Shown here: in pieces, positions 1-10,723 of the stretch
Layout: every line of letters starts with the position of its first letter
Position numbering within the stretch: the first letter of the stretch is position 1
Origin: an uncultured Acidimicrobiia bacterium
Lineage (GTDB): Bacteria > Acidobacteriota > Terriglobia > Versatilivoradales > Versatilivoraceae
DNA: 64,000 nt
Reading direction: 5' to 3'
Assembly (NCBI GenBank): GCA_963786955.1
Contig: CAWBAT010000006.1
Location: 992,001 to 1,056,000, forward strand
The notes under the pieces: generated by a model
What the model was told of the DNA's origin: nothing
What the model saw: only the letters and a program-made list of their open reading frames with translations
Databases searched by the model: none
Translations under genes and position numbers: made by a program

Positions 1-348
1 ATCGCTTCGCTCCCTTTCGATACCATAATCCAAGACGCGATGAAACTTCTGCTCTGAGCGGGGTGGAGCATGAAACACGAAGGCACACTTGATCGACAGC
101 CGAGACGGCCGTGCCTGAACATCCTGATCATCACGCCAATGCGGGTCTATAATATGTCCGAAGGTTGGTTTGCAGTCCCCAGTGACTACAATTTTTTTGT
201 TGAATGGAAAAATGGGATGGGCAAAGCGTTGCGCGACAAGTGCCCGCGACTCACATGCCGAATGGAAGCCGCCGCACGATCGGCCGGCTCCAGTGAGCTT
301 GATCGAACGGTCCGACCATGGTCGCATCCCTGAGTTGGTGCCGATCCG

Positions 349-1767
349 TCACCGGTTCTCTTCGAAGACCGCCTGCACCTTGCCCTGCCGGACCGCACGG
401 TCGAGAGCCGCATGGTCGCTCTCGTTCTGATCGGCGTAAGCCATCGAAAAAGAAGCGATGGCCCGGTCGAAGGCGTCGCTCTTGCCCATGTACCCGCTGA
501 GCATGGCGGAGTGCCCGGATCGGGCGTGGGAGAGGGCGAGGGCCCTTCCGCACCAGGTGGCGTAGAGATCCATCTCGGCGCGGCCGAACGTTTCCACGCG
601 GATGCTGATCTTGATGTCCCTCAGCTGACGGATGAAGAAGTGGCGCCCCGTGGCGCCCTCGGTCCACCCGAGGAACATGTCGCTGGCGGGCTGCATGAGC
701 CGGTAGCCGTTGACGACACGTTGGCCGTGGTTCGGAAAGACGCTCGCGCCCGCGTATGGCTCCAGGACCGAGGCACGCGCCTCCTTGACCTGGAGGAAGA
801 GGGGGTCACCCTCGCCGGCCATGAAGAGGAACACCCAGCACGCGGTCCCGACGCTGCCGATCCCCACCACTTTGATGGCGGCGTCCCGGATCTCATATCG
901 ATCAAGCAAGGATTGGTACGCAGGCTGGAGAGTGGCACGGTACCCAGCGAGCGTGTCCATTATCCCCTTGTGGATCTCACCTGGGGGAGAGTACTCGGCG
1001 TGGAAAATTGCGGGGAGCTGGTCCTTGATGACAGGCATCTCCCCCTTCTGTTCCACGAGCTTCGGAAAGATGTCTTCAGCGACGCTCTTCGCCCGTTCCT
1101 TCTGTAAGCGCTTGATGCCCCGCGTGCGAATTTTTGGATCCTTGATACCCGCCACCAGCTCGTCTGCATCTATCGATTGGTACCACAGCTCGAGCGTCTT
1201 CATCTGGCTGAACTCGGCCATGGCCTCGCGGTAGGTGCGGACGCAGGTCATGACCACATCCTTGGCTGCGGCATCTTTCACTCCATTGTCCCGGCAGGCC
1301 ACGACGAAGCTCGCGGCCAGGCGCTTGATGTCCCACTCCCAGGGCGCCGGGAGAGTCTCGTCGAGATCGTTGATGGAGAAGATGATCTTCCGCTCCGGAG
1401 TAGCGAATCCGCCGAAATTGCACAGGTGGGCGTCTCCGCAGCACTGGACGCGGACACCCGTGACCGGGGTGGACCCCAGGTCGGCCGCCATCGTGAGAGC
1501 TGACCCGCGATAGAACGTGAACGCAGAGCGGACCATGCGCCCATGACGGAGGGGGAGCAGGTCGGGTAGGCGTCCCTTCTCCGCCTCCAAGACCAGCTCG
1601 ACCGCGTCCCGCCGGTCGGATGGAGCTTTCCAAACGGCGTGTGCATTCCGGGGGCAGATTGTCCGCAAGGCCTTGCCCGAGGCATATTGCTCCGCCCGCA
1701 ACCCAGACTGGACAGAAACCAAGCCCGGCGCAGCACCTTCTCTAACTCCCTTTTGTGAAGATTTCAT
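349..1767 (-). CDS. DUF2252 domain-containing protein (paralog 1)
   Basis: 472 aa ORF with RHGRMVRSAFTFYRG, CGDAHLCNFG, INDLDE..APWEWD and KVVGIGSVG motifs typical of DUF2252. Confidence 0.88.
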   Translation of the reverse strand: MKSSQKGVREGAAPGLVSVQSGLRAEQYASGKALRTICPRNAHAVWKAPSDRRDAVELVLEAEKGRLPDLLPLRHGRMVRSAFTFYRGSALTMAADLGSTPVTGVRVQCCGDAHLCNFGGFATPERKIIFSINDLDETLPAPWEWDIKRLAASFVVACRDNGVKDAAAKDVVMTCVRTYREAMAEFSQMKTLELWYQSIDADELVAGIKDPKIRTRGIKRLQKERAKSVAEDIFPKLVEQKGEMPVIKDQLPAIFHAEYSPPGEIHKGIMDTLAGYRATLQPAYQSLLDRYEIRDAAIKVVGIGSVGTACWVFLFMAGEGDPLFLQVKEARASVLEPYAGASVFPNHGQRVVNGYRLMQPASDMFLGWTEGATGRHFFIRQLRDIKISIRVETFGRAEMDLYATWCGRALALSHARSGHSAMLSGYMGKSDAFDRAIASFSMAYADQNESDHAALDRAVRQGKVQAVFEENR

Positions 1768-1930
1768 TGGATTCTCCTTTATCGATTCACCATCAGGGCG
1801 GCACCGCCCCGACCCATTCTTGACTTCTCACTATGACGGCGGGTGACGCCAAATTCGTGCTTTGACTCTCTGCCGACGCGCGAATTCGCCCCTAAGTTTC
1901 AACGGCGATCCTGCGGAAAATGGCTGAGAC

Positions 1931-1977
1931 AAAGTCGCAGGCCGTGCCCTAAAAGACACGGCCTGCACGTTTTCACC
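1931..1977 (-). terminator. GC-rich hairpin downstream of DUF1254 gene (terminator/stabiliser; related to hairpins at 12150, 13683, 15301)
   Basis: gcaggccgtg...cacggcctgc inverted repeat 14 bp after the stop codon; weak U tail. Confidence 0.55.
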
Positions 1978-1990
1978 AGCGAAACGACTG

Positions 1991-3523
1991 TTACTTCACC
2001 GGTTCAATCTCACCGGGCCGCCACGTCTTATCGAACCACGGTTCAAGTGGACTGTAGAGCCGGAGGATCGTGTTCCAGCCTTTGCCGGGAATGGTCTGCA
2101 CCCAGTTCTTCTCCTTGCCGGCCGGTGCCTTCGGGCCGAAATAAACATCCACCGAGCCGTCGGTATTCACCAGTAATCCCTTGGTCTGGCTGCTAACGCT
2201 CGGGAACCTCTGGTCGGTCTGGATCATCGAGCGAGTCTGGTCGCTGTAGAGGATGACGGACCAGAATTCTTTGACCGGGATGTTGGGAGGCAGATGCAGC
2301 TGGTAGTTCTTGCCGCCATCGAGCGGATTGGCGACGGCGTCGCGGGCCGTCCACGCGTATTGTGAACCACGGCCAATCATCTTGGCTTCCATCGCGGGCG
2401 TGACGCCAGTGGCCATGAAGTAGTAGAAGATGTAACCGGACAAGTTTAGCACGCCAGGCTCGGTCTGGAACTTGTAGCCACCAATGAAGGGAACCTGCCA
2501 ATTGCTGTTCTCATAATAGAATGCCTCCTTATCACGCGTATGGAAGGCGATGGCGCGGGCGGTTGCATCACCCACCGTAGCCGCTTCGGTCAGGATCTTC
2601 TTCATCCGCGCATCCGGCGCAAACGGCTTGCCCTTCTGGATGCCAATGGAGGCGTAGTAGCCCAGCCGAATTTGGTCGAGCGATTCAGTTGGTTCCTCTT
2701 GCACGACCTGGTTGAGCAGTTCCCAAAACGAGTAATCAGCCGGATTAACGATGTTGAAGGGCTTGCCTGACATATCAACATAAGCCAGCGGCGGCGCTAA
2801 CTTACCCGCGTCGGCCAGCGGATAGATCTTGGTGAACTTCTTGACGAGATCGATGCCGGGCTTCGGGTCACCGTTCACCAGGAAACTGCGCCACGGAAGC
2901 CAGAGGTTGAAGGTCGGAGAATGCACAACGTGGTACCCTTCGGGCACGTCACCCTTGTAACCGGGCGGCAGCAACAGATACTTGCCACCTTCGCCGTGGT
3001 CCGGCCCGGTGATGCCAAGGTCGACGACCCATCGGAACCAGATGTCGTTGATCGCCCCGAGAACCTTTGGCGGCACTTCGAGCACCAGCGGCCCATCCTT
3101 TAGATTAACCCACGCCCAGCTATAGACCGTATTGTCATTGAATGTGAGTCCGATGGTTCGCGAATCCACGAGCTGCTCCCAAATCGGCACGACCGTGTTC
3201 ACCGGCCCGTATTTGAGGAAGCCGTTTCGGTCGGCAACCTGGCTCACCGCCGGAATGGCCATGAGATAAGCCTGCACTGCGCGCTGGAAATCAAGATTGT
3301 CTAAAAGTTTTTCCGCCGTCGCTTTTTCCGGGAAGCCGTCGAAGAAATGCAACGTGCCCAGACGGGTCTCAACCTTGGCGGGCGAGTCCACACCGGGCGG
3401 CATCTGCGTGGAGTACTTGTACTTCGGATCGGACGGCGGGCCAGTCAGTTCTTGAGCGTAGCCGGTGAACCTGCAGGCGACGATGCCGGCGACGAGCGCT
3501 ACTCTAAACACTTTAAGTTTCAT
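1991..3523 (-). CDS. DUF1254/DUF1214 domain secreted protein (paralog 1)
   Basis: Start moved to MKLKVFRVALV (ATG 3523, aaggag RBS); signal peptide; TFNDNTVYS, GPDHGEGGKYL, FWSVILY and DGSVDVYFGP motifs. Confidence 0.88.
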   Translation of the reverse strand: MKLKVFRVALVAGIVACRFTGYAQELTGPPSDPKYKYSTQMPPGVDSPAKVETRLGTLHFFDGFPEKATAEKLLDNLDFQRAVQAYLMAIPAVSQVADRNGFLKYGPVNTVVPIWEQLVDSRTIGLTFNDNTVYSWAWVNLKDGPLVLEVPPKVLGAINDIWFRWVVDLGITGPDHGEGGKYLLLPPGYKGDVPEGYHVVHSPTFNLWLPWRSFLVNGDPKPGIDLVKKFTKIYPLADAGKLAPPLAYVDMSGKPFNIVNPADYSFWELLNQVVQEEPTESLDQIRLGYYASIGIQKGKPFAPDARMKKILTEAATVGDATARAIAFHTRDKEAFYYENSNWQVPFIGGYKFQTEPGVLNLSGYIFYYFMATGVTPAMEAKMIGRGSQYAWTARDAVANPLDGGKNYQLHLPPNIPVKEFWSVILYSDQTRSMIQTDQRFPSVSSQTKGLLVNTDGSVDVYFGPKAPAGKEKNWVQTIPGKGWNTILRLYSPLEPWFDKTWRPGEIEPVK

Positions 3524-4572
3524 TTTATTCCAACTCCTTTTTGTATTTGTATCACCTCGATAGTAAAGCGGATGCCACCCAGGTCCTTGATTTGGCCGGG
3601 CCGGGAAATCGCCATGCCTTGCCGCGTGCCGCCGAAATGCGAAGAGCTCTACTTGGTCCACTTGAAGGACGTGTCAAGCGCCCACGACCATGGAACCGCA
3701 AGGTGCGGGAACGTATCCCCGCGACGATAAATAGTTGAGGCTCACCTGCAGGTGTCAAATTGAACTTAATCTCGGTCTACTCACAATGGATCGACTCAGT
3801 GTTCATCCCATTACCGTCTTATCTCATGACTGTCTTATCGCTGCTCGCCAAGTTATTGTAGGTTTCACTAATGGCATAGAGCTGACAGAGTATAGGTTTG
3901 TTTTTGAAAAAATTTGCAGATGCCCCAGCAGGTGAGGCATTGTTATTAGGAGTTAGTTGTCTTAACCCAAAAGGTATCGCCTGGTTAAATTCAGCTTCGA
4001 ATTCTCTTTCCAAGGCCTAGGTTGATCCGCCATTAGAACTTGTATTTAGAGCACCTTGATTACCACTTTCGAATGGCCATATCTTATAGAGGCGCTGAGG
4101 CTTCTGGATACTCGCTTTCTGGGTTGCAACGCCTATCGGTGAGTGCATTCCCCCACAATTGTTGATATTGCGCAACAATCTCTACAGCAACGAGCTCGGC
4201 TTATGGTTGGGAAATGTAATGGACCAATCAACACTCATGCCCAGACTCGTTCAATTGGCTGTGTAGTTAAAATTAACCGGCCAAATCTGTTTGAATCCTA
4301 ATTTAAGCGTAGGCGCTCTACGAGGTTGCAGTAATTTTCACGGCCCTTTCGGGTCTGTGTCTCGGGCAGACAAGTGCCCCTGCATCGCTTGACCATAAGT
4401 ACCCCACCCCCATACCACCTGGCGTCACTTCACCACACAACATCGGAGGCAAGGTTGAGGGCGACCGCGGCCCCATCGCCAAGGCCACCGTCACTCTTTG
4501 GGCGGCATAAGACACTCATCTGGAACACGTGGCATTTCCAAGGTCCCAAATCGACACACAGTTCAGTATCTC

Positions 4573-5058
4573 TTATCTCTCCAACGACCTCCGCGCCAGG
4601 CGTGTCGTCAGTGCTCTGGACATTGCGTAGGGGAAGCAAATGAGAATCGGGCCTACAACCAAGGCGGCGCCTGGATGCACCGAGTGGTATATGACCCGCT
4701 GAAAAACGATGTCCATGATGATCCCCAGGGCGACTAGGTTGCGGACGGTCGCCACTCCGCTTCGCAGCAATTCTCTTCGACGTCCAGCACCGAAGAGCAG
4801 CCCGAAAAGGTAGGGTAGATTTCCAGCCTTGGCATCGGCGAGACCTCCGCGAATCCCCAAGACAATGGCAACCATCGGCTGCAGGATGAAGCGTAATCGT
4901 CCGGGTCCAGTGAACCGCTGCGGTAATTCCTCGAGGAATTGCCTCGAGAACAGGTACACCCGACCCGTTTCGATGGTGTCCAAAATCGCAAAGGGGATCG
5001 TGGCAGCAATCACAAGAAGCGCCAGTACTGTCACGATCGTGTCGCGTCGCAGCGTCAT
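4573..5058 (-). CDS. conserved hypothetical membrane protein
   Basis: 161 aa, several hydrophobic segments, GPGRLRFILQP..GIRGGLADAK segment. Confidence 0.7.
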   Translation of the reverse strand: MTLRRDTIVTVLALLVIAATIPFAILDTIETGRVYLFSRQFLEELPQRFTGPGRLRFILQPMVAIVLGIRGGLADAKAGNLPYLFGLLFGAGRRRELLRSGVATVRNLVALGIIMDIVFQRVIYHSVHPGAALVVGPILICFPYAMSRALTTRLARRSLER

Positions 5059-5236
5059 GTTCTTGGCCTCAGCGAATGCGCTGCCCTAAGCCCGTGCGGC
5101 TCATGCCCCCCACCCTCGAAACCCAGTGGTGTGGGCTTTCACAGTGAACACAGCCTGCCTGCCCACTTCCAGGGTCCGCTTGGGATCTAGGAAGCCGTAA
5201 AACTGGATGATCTTGGCCACGAGCCCGGTCCAGCCG
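5031..5236. repeat. direct repeat copy A (copy B at 6120-6325)
   Basis: 5144-5236 is nearly identical to 6233-6325, and 5031-5087 resembles 6120-6176; constant offset of 1089 bp. Confidence 0.9.
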
Positions 5237-5237
5237 A

Positions 5238-5993
5238 TCAGGGCGTACGCAAGGATTCAACAAGACTATACAGATTTTGCGGGTTTACGTGAATGACGCC
5301 GTGGCGTGGGGCATCAATGTCTGCAATAAGAAAAAACGCGATAGACACCACAAACGGTAGGACCAGAAGCAGGATGCTTCCCGCTTTGAAGGTTCGCGCA
5401 CCATAACCGACCAACACGTTGCTGCAGATGGCAATTGCTGCCATCAGAAACCATGCCCCAACAGGAATTCGGTTCCACCAGGCAGCCTGGGTGTATCCCT
5501 GCGAGTTCAATACATCGTTCATGCCCGAGACGGCCAAGGCGAGTATGGGCGTCGGCTGCGCTGCAGCCGGAGCCAGGACCGCGGACCACAAATCGTTCTG
5601 CAATTGCGCGGTGCGGGCATTGATCTGCGAAATTTGTTGCTCGTCGCGGGTTACATAAAATAATACGCGCTGGTCTAGGTAGTTCCTGAGCAGCGCACGC
5701 ACCTTCGCCGCATCTGCGGAAGGCAGCAGGCTGGCACGAACGTATTCGGTGCCGATCGCATTGGCCTCTGCCTCCTCGTAGTTTTTGCGCAGATCGTACC
5801 GGCTTACGGCCATCGAAAAACTAAATCCGATGATGAGTCCGAGCAGTGTCAGCGTCGCGGCCAGGATAATGCCGAAGTCTTCCAGCATGTCCTCTTTCAG
5901 CTTCCACCGCCCCCTGAGAAAGGACGCCCCGACCCGCGCCGAGAGCCACATCAAGATGAAAGAGACCACGAATACAAGTAGTGGCCTGTTCAT
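5238..5993 (-). CDS. DUF4239 / bestrophin-like membrane protein (paralog 1)
   Basis: 251 aa; LTLLGLIIGFSFSMAVSRY..EEAEANAIGT and IADIDAPRHGVI motifs; gaggag RBS. Confidence 0.8.
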   Translation of the reverse strand: MNRPLLVFVVSFILMWLSARVGASFLRGRWKLKEDMLEDFGIILAATLTLLGLIIGFSFSMAVSRYDLRKNYEEAEANAIGTEYVRASLLPSADAAKVRALLRNYLDQRVLFYVTRDEQQISQINARTAQLQNDLWSAVLAPAAAQPTPILALAVSGMNDVLNSQGYTQAAWWNRIPVGAWFLMAAIAICSNVLVGYGARTFKAGSILLLVLPFVVSIAFFLIADIDAPRHGVIHVNPQNLYSLVESLRTP

Positions 5994-6119
5994 TAGCTAT
6001 TTCTCCTCGGGTGAAGTGATCAATCCACCGCATTTTTCAATTCGACGAGCCGAATCCGACCAGGCCGCGCGGGTCTGATCGCGAGACCCCCTAAGCCCGC
6101 GCTAGGATATAGCGGGCCG

Positions 6120-6325
6120 TCACGATCGTCTCGCTTCGCAGCGTCAAGTTCTTGAGCTCAGGTAACGCGTTGCCCTGCCCCAGTTTGGCTACTGCCTTCC
6201 GTCCTTTTTACCCAGCACTGCGGGCTTTATCCGTGAACGCAGCCTGCCTGCCCACTTCCAGGGTCCGCTTGGGATCTAGGAAGCCGTAAAGCTGGATGAT
6301 CTTGGCCACGAGTCCGGTCCAGCCG
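6120..6325. repeat. direct repeat copy B (3' end of glucosidase plus a dead copy of the start of the 4573-5058 gene)
   Basis: Matches 5031-5236. Confidence 0.9.
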
Positions 6326-8964
6326 GTTTGGTGACTGGCGCCCAATCCGGCGCCATTGTCGCCATGGAAGTATTCAAAGAAGTAGATATTGTCGCGCCAG
6401 TGCGGATCACTCTGGAACTTTTGCGTGCCGCCATAGACGGGCCGCTGACCATGCTCATCGCGCAAGAAAATCCGGGTGAGCCGGTCCCCGATCTCTTTGC
6501 TCACCTCGAAGAGGTTCATGAGCTTGCCGGACCCCGTGGGGCATTCGATTTTGAAGTTGTCACCATAGTACAAAAAGAAGTTCAGCAGCGCCCGGATAAT
6601 GAGCGCGTTCACTGGCATCCAGACCGGTCCCCGCCAGTTGGAATTCCCGCCGAACATGCCTGTGTTCGACTCGGCCGGCAAGTAGTCGACGCGGTATTCC
6701 TGCCCTTGGACTTGGAAGACGTATGGGTGCTGCTCGTGGAACTTGGAAAGCGAGCGGATGCCATAGGGGCTCAAGAACTCGTTTTCATCGAGCATCTTCG
6801 TGAGGATCCGGCGGAGCCGCTCCGGAGTGAGTAGAGCCATAATCCCCCGCTCTGCCACGCCAAATTGTCCCGGGCCTGTGGGGTGGATGGTCTCCTTGAG
6901 TTCGGGAATGCGGCGCAGGCGTTCATTCACCGCAGCCATCGTCTGTGGGATGTGCTCCCGCATCGACTTTTCGATAACCGTCGTGGCGCACAGAGGCAGG
7001 AGCCCCACCATGGAGCGCACCTTGAGCCGCGTGGCACTGCCGTCGGGGAGCCGCAGCAGGTCGTAATAGAAACCGTCTTCCTCGTCCCACATGCCGTCCG
7101 ATCCTGGCTTGTTCATGGCCGAGCCGATGTAGAAGAAGTGCTCGGCGAACTTCATAATCATGGGTTCGTAGCTGGGGTCGTGGGCGGTGATCTCGAACGC
7201 GAGTTCCAACATGTTCTGTGTGAACAGGGCCATCCAGGCCGTGCCGTCCGCTTGCTCCAGGTGGCCGCCGGTGGGGAGCGGCGCGCTGCGGTCGAAGACG
7301 CCAATGTTGTCGAGGCCGAGAAAGCCTCCTTCGAACACGTTCTTGCCGAAGCGGTCCTTCCGGTTCACCCACCAGGTGAAGTTCAGCAAGAGCTTGTTGA
7401 ACGTTTTTTTGAGGAAATCCACGTCCGTCTCGCCGCGCAGGGCTTGCTCGGTTCTGTGCAGAAAGAGTGTCGCAAATGCGTGGACCGGGGGGTTCACGTC
7501 GCTGAAGTTCCACTCGTAGGCTGGCATCTGACCGCTGGGATGCAGGTAGGCGGCATGGAGCATCAGTTCCATCTGCTGCTTGGCAAAGTCGGGATCAACG
7601 ATCGAGAGCGGGAGTGTGTGGAAAGCCAGGTCCCAGGCCGCATACCAGGGGTATTCCCACTTGTCGGGCATGGAGATGATGTCCTGGTTCAGCATGTGGT
7701 ACCACTCCGAGTTGCGGGAATTTTGATATCCGGTATGCAGAGGGTTGGAGTGGTGCTCGTCCAGCCAGTTGTCACCGTCGAAGAAGAAGAACTGCTTGCT
7801 CCAAAGCATGCCGGCGATGGCCTGGCGCATCACTTTGGCTGCGTCCGGGGAGACCGAAGGCGGGGTCACAGAGTGGTAGAAGTCGTCCGCCTCTTGGATC
7901 CGGGCGGTCAGGATCTTGTCAAACTCCGTGCTGAAGTAAGATGCGGTGGCTTTGCTTTTTCCGCTCTTGGCGGTCTCGGCCAGGCCAGTCAGACGTAACC
8001 GCACTGTGGTTGACTGACGGGGACCCACCATCAGTCGATAGTGCGCAGCAACTTTGGTCCCTTGCTTTCCAGGGTTCACCGCTCCCTGGTTGCCCCGCAC
8101 GACGCAGTTGTTGATGCCGTCCTTGACGTGGGGGCTCTCGTTCTTTTGCCCTGGGAAAAGCCGCTCGTGGTTTGTTTCGTTCTCGGTGAACAGCAGCGGC
8201 ACCTCGCCTTCGCAGGAAAGAATGAATTCACCCAACAGCGGATGCGTCACCGCAACCGCACTCGTGCCCGCCGCTGCCTCGATCTGCTTGAGGTTTGGTT
8301 TCTTAGAGGCCCTATTGGATTCGGCAATCCAGGACGACCAGTCGTTCCGGAACCATAGCGTCGGCAAAAGATGTAGTTCTGCCGCTTCCGGTCCGCGATT
8401 GGCTACGGCGATTCGGACCAAAATGTCTTCCGGGCCGTCCTTGGCGTATTCGACGAAAACGTCGAAATACCGGTCCTCGTTGAAGACACCGGTGTCGAGC
8501 AGTTCATACTCCATCTCATTCTTGGAACGACGCCGGTTCGTCTCTACCAGATCGGCATAGGGATAAGCCGCCTGCGGGTACTTGTAGAGATACTTCATGT
8601 ACGAATGCGTCGGTGTGCTGTCGAGGTAGAAGTAGTACTCCTTCACATCCTCGCCGTGGTTGCCCTCACTGTTGGTCAATCCAAAGAGCCGCTCCTTGAG
8701 AATCGGATCCTTGCCGTTCCACAAGGCCAGCGCAAAGCAGAGGCGCTGTTTGTCATCGGAGATGCCGGCGATGCCGTCCTCGCCCCAGCGGTAGGCACGC
8801 GAACGCGCCTGGTCATGGGTAAAGAAATTCCAGGCGTCACCCCCTTCGCTATAGTCCTCACGGACCGTGCCCCACTGTCGTTCACTGAGGTAGGGCCCCC
8901 ATTTCTTCCACGGGACCTTCACTTCCCGCGCCTCGTCAAGTCTCGTCTGTTCAGTGGTTTTCAT
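6208..8964 (-). CDS. GH63 / MGH1-like glycoside hydrolase (glucosidase)
   Basis: 918 aa; [47 protein letters not shown] and GASHQTGWT motifs. Confidence 0.9.
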   Translation of the reverse strand: MKTTEQTRLDEAREVKVPWKKWGPYLSERQWGTVREDYSEGGDAWNFFTHDQARSRAYRWGEDGIAGISDDKQRLCFALALWNGKDPILKERLFGLTNSEGNHGEDVKEYYFYLDSTPTHSYMKYLYKYPQAAYPYADLVETNRRRSKNEMEYELLDTGVFNEDRYFDVFVEYAKDGPEDILVRIAVANRGPEAAELHLLPTLWFRNDWSSWIAESNRASKKPNLKQIEAAAGTSAVAVTHPLLGEFILSCEGEVPLLFTENETNHERLFPGQKNESPHVKDGINNCVVRGNQGAVNPGKQGTKVAAHYRLMVGPRQSTTVRLRLTGLAETAKSGKSKATASYFSTEFDKILTARIQEADDFYHSVTPPSVSPDAAKVMRQAIAGMLWSKQFFFFDGDNWLDEHHSNPLHTGYQNSRNSEWYHMLNQDIISMPDKWEYPWYAAWDLAFHTLPLSIVDPDFAKQQMELMLHAAYLHPSGQMPAYEWNFSDVNPPVHAFATLFLHRTEQALRGETDVDFLKKTFNKLLLNFTWWVNRKDRFGKNVFEGGFLGLDNIGVFDRSAPLPTGGHLEQADGTAWMALFTQNMLELAFEITAHDPSYEPMIMKFAEHFFYIGSAMNKPGSDGMWDEEDGFYYDLLRLPDGSATRLKVRSMVGLLPLCATTVIEKSMREHIPQTMAAVNERLRRIPELKETIHPTGPGQFGVAERGIMALLTPERLRRILTKMLDENEFLSPYGIRSLSKFHEQHPYVFQVQGQEYRVDYLPAESNTGMFGGNSNWRGPVWMPVNALIIRALLNFFLYYGDNFKIECPTGSGKLMNLFEVSKEIGDRLTRIFLRDEHGQRPVYGGTQKFQSDPHWRDNIYFFEYFHGDNGAGLGASHQTGWTGLVAKIIQLYGFLDPKRTLEVGRQAAFTDKARSAG

Positions 8965-8982
8965 TATTGCCTCCTGGTTTCG

Positions 8983-9391
8983 TCAACTTCCGCTTGCTTG
9001 GCTTTTTTCCATGCGGACGAAATAACGATAAGCTCCGACGCTTAAGAAATGATGAACACCGCAACCACGTTCCAAATAATAACCGGTCGCGAAGCAATCA
9101 ATAAGCCGTAGTAGACCCAGAGAATCTGAAATACGCCCATGATTGCCGCCATCCTTGGGTTCAAGCCCTTGCTTGACCGGCGCTTGAACATCGCGATCAA
9201 GTCCGGCAGAGCGGAAAAATTGTTCCAAAGCCCGCTAAGATTCCAATGACCTCTGACCGTTCAATCTTTGGATCGAGTAGGCTCGGCACGTCTTGTGGAA
9301 CCAAGTCCTTACAGGCACTGAGCGTGACCAAACCTAGGAAGAAAAAAAGCGAGCGCAACTTCCTTTCGGATGAACATAACACTCCTATCAT
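8983..9391 (-). pseudogene. SemiSWEET / PQ-loop sugar transporter, two frameshifts (pseudogene or assembly error)
   Basis: Joined frames read SEVIGILAGFGT|ALPDLIAMFKRRSSKGLNPRMAAIMGVFQILWVYYGLLIASRPVIIWNVVAVFI|FLSVGAYRYF; frame breaks at about 9218 and 9050. Confidence 0.75.
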
Positions 9392-9620
9392 AATCCTTCA
9401 TATCTAGAGAGGGGAAGGCACCCCCATCTACATCAAATTGTTACCCAAGTATTTCCCCCGAAACCGTTGGCGTCAAGAATTATGTGGCCGGGAAAACCAA
9501 TGGGCTTGTCTCCAGCCTATCGAGGGCCTCATGCCTACTGCTTTCTGCTTTCCGTACAATTACTCTGGTCGTGAAGTCGCAGGCCAAATCTCAAAAGGCT
9601 TTTACAGGAGGGAACAGAAA

Positions 9621-9667
9621 AAACAGAGACTGCTTTTTCGTCTCCGTTATCTCCGTTTGCTCCTGTT
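9621..9667. repeat. 47 bp direct repeat flanking GxxExxY gene (downstream copy; part of imperfect palindrome 9604-9667)
   Basis: aaacagagactgctttttcgtctccgttatctccgtttgctcctgtt, identical at 10103-10149. Confidence 0.92.
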
Positions 9668-9679
9668 GAAAATCCGGAT

Positions 9680-10081
9680 TCATTGATTCGCTCTGGGAAG
9701 AATCAGGCGGCGAACGCCATCCGTCAGTTTCATTTCGTGAAAATTGAGGAGCAGCCCAATCGGGACGTTCAGCAACTTCATGTAGCTTAAAAGTTGGGCC
9801 TGGTGGATCGGCAGGATCTCCTGCACAGCCTTGACTTCGACCAGCACACAGCCGGCCACTAGTATATCAAAGCGGAGCGGTTCTTCGCGCGAGAAGCCCT
9901 TGTATTCGACCACTACGGCTTTCTGGCTGACCGTGGCCAGCCCGCGCAACTCAAGTTCCTTGGTCAGACACCATTCGTAGATCGATTCAATCAGCCCCGG
10001 CCCTTTGTCCCGATGAACCTCGATGGCCGCCCCAATGATGGCTTCGGTCAGTCCGGCCGCTTTTTCAAACAAAGGATGCAC
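9680..10081 (-). CDS. GxxExxY protein (PD-(D/E)XK nuclease-like family)
   Basis: 133 aa; GPGLIESIY motif; D..LVEVK; HQAQLLSYMKL..GLLLNF. Confidence 0.92.
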   Translation of the reverse strand: MHPLFEKAAGLTEAIIGAAIEVHRDKGPGLIESIYEWCLTKELELRGLATVSQKAVVVEYKGFSREEPLRFDILVAGCVLVEVKAVQEILPIHQAQLLSYMKLLNVPIGLLLNFHEMKLTDGVRRLILPRANQ

Positions 10082-10102
10082 GGTTCAACATCAAAGAGGA
10101 GG

Positions 10103-10149
10103 AAACAGAGACTGCTTTTTCGTCTCCGTTATCTCCGTTTGCTCCTGTT
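10103..10149. repeat. 47 bp direct repeat flanking GxxExxY gene (upstream copy)
   Basis: Identical to 9621-9667. Confidence 0.92.
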
Positions 10150-10161
10150 AAAATTCCGCTT

Positions 10162-10650
10162 TCATTTCTGTTTCGTTATCGAAATTGACGACTCACTAGC
10201 CTTGTTGTTCCGCTGTGCGGCTTGCAGTTTCTGGATATCAGCGGGCGACAACTGCGGGCGATCAATCGCCAGGGTTATCTTGTTGAGCTTGCCCGTGAAC
10301 TTGAACGGTACCTAGTAGTCCTGGTCGTCTACCGGTGTGTCGGTATCCGAGCCGACATCGAGGTTCTCAACCCACGCAAGGATGAATGGAATGGTGCGCT
10401 CCATCTTCTGCGTTGCGACCGCCTTACCGTCGACCTTCAACACGCCGATACCGCCTTGTCCGATGCCGCTCATGTTATTGAACACCAGCGTGCCCATCCC
10501 GAGGCCATCATACTTGAAGTCGAACTCGATGATGTGCTTGCCGGGTGCGAGTACCTCCGGACCCTCCCATTTAATGCGTTTCAGGTCTATCAGGTTCCAG
10601 AGGAATACCGGTTTGCCTTTGAGCAGGTAGAAGCTGACGCCGCCGAAATT
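10162..10650 (-). pseudogene. arylsulfatase C-terminal remnant
   Basis: FYLLKGKPVFLWNL.DLKRI.WEGP..FKYDGLG matches the C-terminus of 15359-17873; no N-terminal part; in-frame TAG at 10312-10314, homology continues (PFKFTGKLNKITLAIDRPQLSP). Confidence 0.85.
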
Positions 10651-10723
10651 AGAATCGGGCGCGGACATTTGTCTGCCGCTGATGGAGGTGGTTGCGCCGA
10701 GTCGAACCGGCCGGTCAAATCTT

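Noticed and set aside
3760-4570. AT-richer segment without a long ORF
   Set aside because: Short ORFs with no recognisable motif or repeat; possibly decayed DNA, nothing supportable
6865-7998. Long + strand ORFs (also 13844-14968, 20744-22192, 41434-42834, 45599-46702)
   Set aside because: Antisense shadows of well-supported GC-rich genes with no recognisable motifs
9604-10149. Possible CRISPR repeats
   Set aside because: Only two copies separated by a whole gene; no spacer array or cas genes
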